From positions 9,934 to 73,933 of the forward strand of contig CAJJAV010000011.1 in assembly GCA_905182125.1 (NCBI GenBank): a stretch of 64,000 nucleotides of DNA, read 5' to 3'. The stretch comes from an uncultured Candidatus Poseidoniales archaeon. GTDB taxonomy: Archaea; Thermoplasmatota; Poseidoniia; Poseidoniales; Poseidoniaceae. The translations under genes and the position numbers were made by a program. How positions within the stretch are numbered: the stretch's first letter is position 1; each line of letters begins with the position of its first letter. The notes beneath the pieces are model-generated. The model made no database searches. It was not told the origin of the DNA and worked only from the letters and a program-made list of their open reading frames with translations. Below are positions 37,593 through 45,548 of this stretch, in pieces.

Positions 37593-39557
37593 TCACTCTT
37601 CGGGGCGGCGCTTTATCATAAGAACTGCACCAATGAAGGCAAGGACCAGCGTGCTGGCCATGAATCCTGGTGTGTCTTCTGATTCATCCATGTCAATTGG
37701 GGCTGGTTCGGCGATAACCGCTGATTCGCCACCGGTTCCGACGATGACCTTTCCATACATTCCTGAGGCCATGTGAGGCTCGCAAGCGTAAGTGAAGGTT
37801 GTGTCTTCGGTGAAGGTGTATCGGAAGTCAACCGTTGCATTTGCGGCACCGGAGGTGATCCCGTCTTGGGTGTAGGTGGTTGATTTGTCACCATCCACCT
37901 CACGCACATTGTGCGCCATGCTTGAGTCGGTCCATTGCCAGCACACGGTGTCACCAACTGAGATGGTCACTGTTGCAGGCGAGTACTTCAGTCCGCTTGG
38001 AGCGATGCCAACAGTAGCGTCGCAATCTGGGAGTGGTTCTTCAGCCGCTGGGGGCATGAGGACTTGGTCGATGACGTGAATCACACCATTGCTTGCTGGA
38101 ACGTCAGCGAGTGTGACGTTGGCCATTTGTTCACCAACCATCACGGAGGAACCGACGACATGGATCATCAAATCGTCCCCATTGGCTGCTGAAACAGTGG
38201 TCATGCCTTCGCTCAGGTCGGAGGACATGGTTGTGCCGGCAACAACGTGGTACAGCAGAATGTTTGTCAACGCTGCGATTTCTTCCGGAGTATCGAAGGA
38301 AGCGAGGTCAATACCAGCTGCTGCGAACGCTTCATCAGAAGGAGCGAAGATGGTGTATTCATCTGTGCCGCTCAATGTGGTAACGAGTTCTGCAGCCGAG
38401 AGTGCAGCAACGAGCGAGGTGTGGATTGTGGTTGCCCCTGCAGTCATAGCGAGGTTCACAGCCGGAGTCCACATGTAAGCACCGCACTCAGCAGTGCTGA
38501 TGTTGGAAACTGCATGGGTCACGGAATTGTAACATCCTGTGATGATTTGGCCCATAACGGAGTAGTTCTCGAGGTACATGTAGGAGTTACAGGCGAGGTT
38601 GTTTGCGCCTGGAACGATGGTGTGGGAGACCGTGTTGTAACAGATGTCACCTGGTGGTGGCATCAGCACCTTGTCGATCACGTGAATGATTCCGTTGGTG
38701 GTTCCAACATCAGCACCGGTCACTTGAGCATCGCCCACAAAGACTGCACCGTCGGTCACGGAGAACGTTGCTTTGTCACCGTTGAGCATGGTCACTGAGA
38801 GGCCGTCGGTTACTTGAGTGGAAGCGACGGATCCGGAATAGACGTGGTACAACAGAATGTCTGCGAGGGTTTCGTTTTCCTCAGGGGTGTCGAAGGACGC
38901 AAGATCGATTCCTGCATCGGTGAACGCTTGGTCAGTTGGTGCGAAGACCGTGAACGGACCGTCTGCTTGGAGCGCTGTAACAAGGTTTGCTTGAGCCAAT
39001 GCCGCAACGAGGGCCGTGTGAACACCTGTTGATTGAGCAGTTTCTGGGATGTCCATGGTTGGACCTGCCGCTGGTGGCATGAGCACGGTATCGATCACGT
39101 GAATGATGCCGTTGCTGGACTGAACGTCAGCGCTTGTGACGTTTGCATCACCAATTTTCACGGTGCCGTCCGTTAGGATTGAGAATGTGGCGTCTGCTCC
39201 GTTGACCATGGTCACGGTCAGGCCATCGGTGACTTCGCTGGCTAGGACTGATCCAGAGTAAACATGGTAGGTGAGAATGTCAACCAGGGTTGCATTTTCT
39301 TCATCGGTATCAAATGTTGATAGATCAATACCAGCGGCTTCGAACGCAGCATCTGTTGGGGCGAAGACGGTGAACGGTCCATCGCCTTGTAGGGTTGTCA
39401 CCAAATCTGCTTGGGTCAATGCTGCAACGAGGGCGTCGTGGTACCCCGTTGCTGCGGCGTTTGTTGGTATGTCATCAGTCTCTGCTGCCGTCACGTTGAG
39501 CGGCAGAGCAGTCATCAACAGGCTGGCAAGTATGAGTGTAGCAAGTGCTCTCTCCAT
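37593..39557 (-). CDS. Three fasciclin (FAS1) domains + cupredoxin domain + PGF-CTERM
   Basis: Three copies of [FY]TxFAP[TS]DxAF...NGxIHVID; HNV...YACEPH...GMYG type-1 copper motif; TPGF-TM-KRR. Confidence 0.92.
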   Translation of the reverse strand: MERALATLILASLLMTALPLNVTAAETDDIPTNAAATGYHDALVAALTQADLVTTLQGDGPFTVFAPTDAAFEAAGIDLSTFDTDEENATLVDILTYHVYSGSVLASEVTDGLTVTMVNGADATFSILTDGTVKIGDANVTSADVQSSNGIIHVIDTVLMPPAAGPTMDIPETAQSTGVHTALVAALAQANLVTALQADGPFTVFAPTDQAFTDAGIDLASFDTPEENETLADILLYHVYSGSVASTQVTDGLSVTMLNGDKATFSVTDGAVFVGDAQVTGADVGTTNGIIHVIDKVLMPPPGDICYNTVSHTIVPGANNLACNSYMYLENYSVMGQIITGCYNSVTHAVSNISTAECGAYMWTPAVNLAMTAGATTIHTSLVAALSAAELVTTLSGTDEYTIFAPSDEAFAAAGIDLASFDTPEEIAALTNILLYHVVAGTTMSSDLSEGMTTVSAANGDDLMIHVVGSSVMVGEQMANVTLADVPASNGVIHVIDQVLMPPAAEEPLPDCDATVGIAPSGLKYSPATVTISVGDTVCWQWTDSSMAHNVREVDGDKSTTYTQDGITSGAANATVDFRYTFTEDTTFTYACEPHMASGMYGKVIVGTGGESAVIAEPAPIDMDESEDTPGFMASTLVLAFIGAVLMIKRRPEE

Positions 39558-39607
39558 GAGTGTGTTTCGTCGAGTGGCCCCCTATAAAGGACTGTAAAAT
39601 ACCACAG

Positions 39608-40858
39608 TCAAAACGGTGAACGGTATTCGTCGACATCGGAAGCAATGCGCAACAGTTGGTTGTACTTTGCAACCCTGTCTGAACGGGCTGGTGCTCCTGT
39701 TTTGATTTGTCCAGCACGTGTGCCAACAGCTAAATCTGCAATGGTCACATCTTCGGTTTCCCCGCTTCGATGAGAGATGACGTTGTTGAGGCCGTGGGAG
39801 GATGCAAGGTCCATGGCTTCAAGTGTTTCAGTCACTGTACCAACCTGATTCAGTTTGACCAGCATGGCGTTTGCAGCGCCGATCTCGATGCCTTGGGCTA
39901 AGCGTTCTGTTTGGGTGACAAACAAATCATCACCGACGGTTTGTACGCGATGACCCTCGCGCTTGGTGAAGCGGGACCAACCTTGCCAATCATCTTCGCC
40001 GAATCCATCTTCAATTGAAAGAATCGGATACGCATCAAGCCAGCCGGAGTAAACGTCAGCGAGATCTTCGCTTGAGAGAACTTTACCATCCATGTGATAG
40101 CCATCATCATGGTGGAATTCAGTCGCAGCAACATCGAGGGCAATGCCCATTTGTTCGACGGAGTATCCAGCACCTTCGATGGCTCGAACCATGTACTTGA
40201 GCCCCTCTTCATTGGCTGGTAAGTTTGGCGCAAAACCACCTTCATCGCCAACACCGCCAAGCAACCCATCAGCCTTGAGTTCTTTCTTGAGGGCGTGATA
40301 TGTTTCCACACCTGCTCGCAAGCCTTCTTCAAAGGTATCGAAGCCATGAGGCATGACCATGAACTCTTGCACATCGACGTTGGACGCAGCGTGAGCTCCA
40401 CCGTTGAGAATGTTGAGCATTGGCACGGGCATTAAACCGCCTGCAACCCCCCCGATGTACTTCCAAAGTGGAAGTTCATGGACGGCTGCACCAGCATGCA
40501 AGCAAGCCATCGATGCTCCAAGCATGGCGTTAGCACCGAGGTTGGCTTTGTTCGGCGTGCCATCCAGTTCGATCATCACTTCATCAATCACACGCTGTTC
40601 ATCGACAGGAAGACCAACTAAAGCCTCCTCGATGCGGTCCGTTATGTTGTCAATGGCGGAAAGAACGCCTTTTCCGAGGTAGCGAGAAGGGTCTCCATCT
40701 CGCATTTCAAGGGCTTCATAGGCTCCTGTCGAAGCGCCAGAAGGCACCGCAGCACGGCCCAGAAGAGACCCGTCGACGAAACAATCCACTTCGACGGTTG
40801 GGTTACCACGGCTATCGAGAATCATTCGAGCATCGAGACCGGTGATGTGTCCAGACAT
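39608..40858 (-). CDS. eno: Enolase
   Basis: ILDSRGNPTVE, PSGASTG, GDEGGFAP, SHRSGETED, IKTGAPAR. Confidence 0.98.
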   Translation of the reverse strand: MSGHITGLDARMILDSRGNPTVEVDCFVDGSLLGRAAVPSGASTGAYEALEMRDGDPSRYLGKGVLSAIDNITDRIEEALVGLPVDEQRVIDEVMIELDGTPNKANLGANAMLGASMACLHAGAAVHELPLWKYIGGVAGGLMPVPMLNILNGGAHAASNVDVQEFMVMPHGFDTFEEGLRAGVETYHALKKELKADGLLGGVGDEGGFAPNLPANEEGLKYMVRAIEGAGYSVEQMGIALDVAATEFHHDDGYHMDGKVLSSEDLADVYSGWLDAYPILSIEDGFGEDDWQGWSRFTKREGHRVQTVGDDLFVTQTERLAQGIEIGAANAMLVKLNQVGTVTETLEAMDLASSHGLNNVISHRSGETEDVTIADLAVGTRAGQIKTGAPARSDRVAKYNQLLRIASDVDEYRSPF

Positions 40859-41100
40859 TGGCTTCCCCATCCAATGCCAAGTGAAGACGCCCTTTGAACC
40901 AGACGGAACACCTTCGTCTCGTTTCAATGAGATGCCGAGTGGTGCAACGCAAGGTTTGAAGGAGGTTTTTGCGCATTCATAGGTGACGCTATTGTGAAAA
41001 TACAGCCACATTGTGACTCCTATACGACATTTCAGTGCGCTTTTTTACCACATGACAGCCATTGAGCAGATTTGATATACCCAAAGCGGAAGGATGGAAC

Positions 41101-41523
41101 ATGCCTCGTGTTGCTGAAATCGATCGTGCCATCCTCGCCCAACTTCGGAAGAACGGTCGTATGTCCTATGTGGACTTGGCTCGTGAAGTCAGCGCTTCGG
41201 AACGAACGGTTCGCACACATGTTCGGAAAATGGAAGAAGAAGGCACTATCCGTGGCTACACTGTTCGTGAAGGCGGCGTCGGATTGACTGCTTTGGTTCG
41301 CATCAAGGTGTCACCTGGTGCAGAAATCGGCTCGTTCGCTTCCGAAGTCACTGGCTGGGATGGCATCGAAATTATCTACGAAGTGTCAGGAGATGCCGAT
41401 CTGGTGGCCCTTGTTCACGTCGATGACACAATGTCTCTTCGAACATTATTGGATAAAATGTGGCTCGCTGCTCCCAATGAAATAGCATCAACGACCACTG
41501 AATTGGTCCTTGAGCAGTACTGA
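41101..41523 (+). CDS. Lrp/AsnC-family transcriptional regulator
   Basis: IDRAILAQLRKNGRMSY.DLA...TVR..VRKM..EG.I.GYT; YEVSGDAD. Confidence 0.93.
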   Translation: MPRVAEIDRAILAQLRKNGRMSYVDLAREVSASERTVRTHVRKMEEEGTIRGYTVREGGVGLTALVRIKVSPGAEIGSFASEVTGWDGIEIIYEVSGDADLVALVHVDDTMSLRTLLDKMWLAAPNEIASTTTELVLEQY

Positions 41524-41668
41524 TTACTCTTCTTCATCTGCAGGAGGCGTCTCAACAGGTTCCTTCTCGGAAGGTTCTGGAACGCCATAATCGATACCGC
41601 AGCTGCGGCATACCATCTTGTCATCCCAATCGCATTGTCGTCGACAGCCACTCATTCAATAACCCCGT

Positions 41669-42208
41669 TCAAGCTTTCCATTTGACCGAGCATCCAATGG
41701 ATTCGGTGACCTTCACGGTCGGTTCTTGCCCCGACTTGAGGGCTTCAATCGCATCGTTCAGTTCAGTTTGAGTGACATTGCTTGGGTCGCGTGGTGAATC
41801 ATCCATACGACCCTGGTAGACCAAACGGTCATTGGCATCAAAGAGGAAAAATTCCGGTGTGCGTTTGGCGCCGTAAGCACGTGCAATATCTTGAGTCACA
41901 TCGTGAAGGTAAGGGTAGCCCATCGATGTGGCTCGCTTTTGCATGTGTTCAAAAGAATCGTTTGGATAAACAACGGGATCGTTTGAATTAATGCCGACAA
42001 AACCAAGTCCTACTTCGTCACACCACACGGCCATTGATTCCATTCGACCAATGTTGGCGATGACGTAAGGGCAGTGGTTGCATTCGAAGACAACAACAGT
42101 TCCCAATGCCCCAGTTGCGTCGTCGAACGTCATGGCTGGCCCACCTATGGAAGGGTGAGCATTGGTCAATTCAAACGGTGGTGCTGCATCTCCAATAGCG
42201 AGGCCCAT
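41669..42208 (-). CDS. Thioredoxin-fold (AhpC/TSA-like) protein
   Basis: CNHCPYV, INSND, YGA..TPEFF, YQGRMDD, GCSVKW. Confidence 0.9.
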   Translation of the reverse strand: MGLAIGDAAPPFELTNAHPSIGGPAMTFDDATGALGTVVVFECNHCPYVIANIGRMESMAVWCDEVGLGFVGINSNDPVVYPNDSFEHMQKRATSMGYPYLHDVTQDIARAYGAKRTPEFFLFDANDRLVYQGRMDDSPRDPSNVTQTELNDAIEALKSGQEPTVKVTESIGCSVKWKA

Positions 42209-42300
42209 GGCACCTCCAAACGCTCAAGCCTCTAAACAACTTGCATTTTACGCGCCTCGCCGGAAGAAGAGTTAACTAGTCACGAGGTGAAATTCTACTT

Positions 42301-42726
42301 ATGCAACCAGCAATGCAAGGTATGCCCCAATCAGCCCGACCAGCGAACATGATGTCAATCATGGACGCCGTGAAAACATGTTTCGAACAATATGTTGGTT
42401 TCGACGGCCGAGCCAGCCGCTCCGAGTATTGGTGGTTCGTTTTAGCGACCACCATCGCAGGTTTTGTAACCGGTATTTTGGATGGAATCATTTTTGGCAT
42501 GGAATTGTCAGATCCAACATGGATTACGCTCGCTCTTCAATTTGGTTTGTTTCTTCCAACGCTTTCCGTTATCTTCCGAAGATTGCATGACCATGGCAAA
42601 TCTGGTTGGAACGTTTGTTGGATTTTCCTACCGCTACTGGGAGCAATTTACCTCCTTTACCTCATGATCATTGATGGTGAGGCGAATGACAACGCATATG
42701 GCGCTGTCCCAACAAACACACTTTGA
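42301..42726 (+). CDS. DUF805 inner-membrane protein
   Basis: F.GRASRSEYWW, RRLHD.GKSGW, N.YG. Confidence 0.92.
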   Translation: MQPAMQGMPQSARPANMMSIMDAVKTCFEQYVGFDGRASRSEYWWFVLATTIAGFVTGILDGIIFGMELSDPTWITLALQFGLFLPTLSVIFRRLHDHGKSGWNVCWIFLPLLGAIYLLYLMIIDGEANDNAYGAVPTNTL

Positions 42727-42776
42727 TCCGGATTTGAAAGTCCAAGCGTTCAAGTTGTGAAGCGGAATCCAAAACC

Positions 42777-43802
42777 ATGTCCGTCCACACTGTGCACTGT
42801 GGTGGACACATCACGTTGCTGTTTTCCATTTGGAAGGACTCAAGGTTAGCGCGTTCACAAGGCAGCAGAGGAGCGGGGTTCAACGTCAGCGATGGCGTTG
42901 AAGCAAGCGTGAAGCACATTGGTACGAATCAGCCAAGCCTACCGGCTCAACTCTCTCAAGGCGCTGCACTTGACGAGCAACCTGCAACAGTGGAAGATGG
43001 GGGAATCCGACTTACAATCGAAGCAATGGACGGCACTTTGATCGAACATTCAACCCACCTTTATACCGATTTAATCGAAGCACTGAGGGACGCTCGCTTG
43101 CTCAACAGAGCTGAGGCTTTCGAAGTATCTGTCACCCTCTCTTTGCCTACAAGTCAAGGTTTTGGCATGTCGGCAGCCGGTTTGGTCGCGGTGGCTCGAG
43201 CCTTCCATTTACATTCAGGTTTGGGGCGTGATGAACAGTATTTACGAATTGCACATCGTATCGAACGGCTCCACAGCGGTGGACTTGGCGATGTGCTTGG
43301 CATCGCCGCTGGAGGTGTTGAGCTGCGCCTCGAGCCAGGTGCACCGGGATCTGGTGGGAAAACAGTTCAATTCACAACTCAACAACCGATCTTACTGGTG
43401 TGGAAGCCTGAGGAGTCGAGGCATACTTCGAATTACATTGATGATTCGAAATGGCAAAAATCCATCTCAGAAGCAGGTGAGGACGCTGTTCGAGCCCTGC
43501 GGGCGAACGAATGGGGTCCTGAAGCATGGCCTGATCTGATGTTGCAATCCAGAACCTTTGCCCAAACCTCAGGGCTGCTCGAAGAGCCTGAACGGATGGG
43601 ATTGAATGCAGCAGTCACGGGGCAACTCCGGAAGATGGACCTTCACCTTCGCGTTTATCTCCGGTTGTGTATGCTTGGAGTCTCATTAGCAATCCTCCCT
43701 CGACGGTTGGATCAACCGTTAACAGTTGCAGAAATTGAGCAGGTCGCAGAAGCGTTGAGAGCCCTCAAGTTAGGGGTTCGTTCTACATCGATTGATGGAT
43801 GA
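42777..43802 (+). CDS. Pantoate kinase (GHMP family)
   Basis: GHIT.LF, GSRGAG, LP.SQGFGMSAA, AH.IE...GGLGDV, GG.ELR..PGAPG. Confidence 0.85.
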   Translation: MSVHTVHCGGHITLLFSIWKDSRLARSQGSRGAGFNVSDGVEASVKHIGTNQPSLPAQLSQGAALDEQPATVEDGGIRLTIEAMDGTLIEHSTHLYTDLIEALRDARLLNRAEAFEVSVTLSLPTSQGFGMSAAGLVAVARAFHLHSGLGRDEQYLRIAHRIERLHSGGLGDVLGIAAGGVELRLEPGAPGSGGKTVQFTTQQPILLVWKPEESRHTSNYIDDSKWQKSISEAGEDAVRALRANEWGPEAWPDLMLQSRTFAQTSGLLEEPERMGLNAAVTGQLRKMDLHLRVYLRLCMLGVSLAILPRRLDQPLTVAEIEQVAEALRALKLGVRSTSIDG

Positions 43803-44900
43803 TCAATCGTTGGCGTCAAAAGCCCTCAAATCGAGAACATTGGCATCCAATAACGTGCAACCAGGCATGAATAAATTTTCACTAAAACCGTGGCGATAGA
43901 CAACACCGCCGCTGCCCCATTCTTCGATGTACCTGTCCATTTGTTTCGCCATCTTTTTACGTTGGAACTCGACATCAGCGCCGTAAAAGTGCTTGGCATC
44001 AATCCACGCAACTGGGCGTTCGTTGATGTAGACATGGTCGAGGAAGAGGATGTCAGGTGTTCGAACTGGACGCCCGAGTTCCTGCTTCTGCTCTTTTACC
44101 ATCTCTGGTTGACGGCGGAGGCGGACGCCTTGTTCTTCGAACCAATCGGCGAGGATGTCTTCAAACAGATCCGCTTTTTCTTGCGCTTCGCCTTGGTCGA
44201 CGTTTGACACTCGATCTGCAGCCTCAGCTGTTTCGAATTCCTTTCGTTCGCGCTCCTTCAATCGGCTTGGTTCGCGAAGGCTTTCCTTGATTTTGGTTTT
44301 GGACCAACGCATTTCCGCCAAGATCAAGCGGAACACATTCATCGGAGGTCCGTCAAAGCGTTGAGAGATGTCAACAACACTGGCGCCTTCTTTGTACAAC
44401 CTGAGCATGTCTTTTGCTCTCGACCTCAATCGTCCGTGCCCGTAGACGGTTTTCTGCTGCATGAGAGCAGAACGAAGCGAAAGAGCCTGATCGAGGGTCA
44501 TGTTATGGTTTGCAACAATTAAGGCGAGTTCATCGACGCGATCGTCGTCTAACCATCCAAATTCTCCTTTACGAAGGACCTGTTTGGAAAGCGCTTCTTC
44601 ATCTTTAAGCGGGACTGCGGCGGTGTTCCATGTGAAGTTGAAGGTGCGTGGTTCCTCGATGCCTTCTGGGAATCCCATTGGCGTATCTTTGCGAACAAAG
44701 CGATCATTTGCTTTTTTATCCATTGCAGCAATGGTTTCTGCATGGCGTTCTTGAAGCACTGCTTTTGCCGTGCCTCCGTATCGTTTAGGGCGGCGGTTGG
44801 AACCGTTTCGATTGGAACGGTTGTTGCCAGAACGCTGGCGTTGACCACCTCCGTTCTTTGAGGATTTGGGGCTTTTGTCGTCGCCACTCGGAGTGCTCAT
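43803..44900 (-). CDS. CDIN1/C15orf41-like (TPD-domain) PD-(D/E)XK nuclease
   Basis: FE..L..W, RTPDIL, WIDAKHFYG, Q..RY...WG.G.VVY..GF. Confidence 0.7.
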   Translation of the reverse strand: MSTPSGDDKSPKSSKNGGGQRQRSGNNRSNRNGSNRRPKRYGGTAKAVLQERHAETIAAMDKKANDRFVRKDTPMGFPEGIEEPRTFNFTWNTAAVPLKDEEALSKQVLRKGEFGWLDDDRVDELALIVANHNMTLDQALSLRSALMQQKTVYGHGRLRSRAKDMLRLYKEGASVVDISQRFDGPPMNVFRLILAEMRWSKTKIKESLREPSRLKERERKEFETAEAADRVSNVDQGEAQEKADLFEDILADWFEEQGVRLRRQPEMVKEQKQELGRPVRTPDILFLDHVYINERPVAWIDAKHFYGADVEFQRKKMAKQMDRYIEEWGSGGVVYRHGFSENLFMPGCTLLDANVLDLRAFDAND

Positions 44901-44939
44901 TGGTGGTCGTCCGCGCCGAGGCTCCATGAACACTCGCTT

Positions 44940-45464
44940 TCATTCAGATTCATCGATGGCGGTCTCATATGAGGCCGGTATCGGGATGCTTCCGGCTGTG
45001 GAGGCATCGTTTAGCCATTGTTTGGCCATGGCCCGGGGGAGGCGATTGACACGCCCACGCATGAAGCGAGCCCACCATCGAATCTTCCACCATGCTGCGA
45101 TTTCAACACCGCCTTCATCCTCGCCCCAAACCGTGACGGCAAGACGGAGGTGGGCGAATGCAGTCCCGAGCGGCCGGCCTTCCCGCTGTTGGCCTTCCCA
45201 TGCGAACTCGACTTCGAGAAAGCGAGGAGCCTCACTTTTTCGGATGCTCTTCACAGTCCACATCTCCTCAATCAAGCGTTGCCGTTCAACTCGATGGAGA
45301 TCGAAACGTTGTCCTTCGTGCAGTTCACCCGTTGCTTCTGATAAGATACGCCCAGCAGACGTGTGCCACGATGGCCATCGGTCCAGATGCAAAAGGTTGG
45401 CCATCACCTGCTCACACCCCTCTGTAGCAAGCGGTTGGCGCCACACACCATTTGGAGACTCCAT
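44940..45464 (-). CDS. SRPBCC/START-like protein
   Basis: L..LDRWPSW, G.L.EG.RF, C-terminal amphipathic helix. Confidence 0.5.
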   Translation of the reverse strand: MESPNGVWRQPLATEGCEQVMANLLHLDRWPSWHTSAGRILSEATGELHEGQRFDLHRVERQRLIEEMWTVKSIRKSEAPRFLEVEFAWEGQQREGRPLGTAFAHLRLAVTVWGEDEGGVEIAAWWKIRWWARFMRGRVNRLPRAMAKQWLNDASTAGSIPIPASYETAIDESE

Positions 45465-45548
45465 GAACCGCCGTGGAATGTATTCTCCTTGAATTTGTGG
45501 GGTACGAAAGATGGGGGGTTTCAAATGCAACAAGTCAATCCGGAAAAC

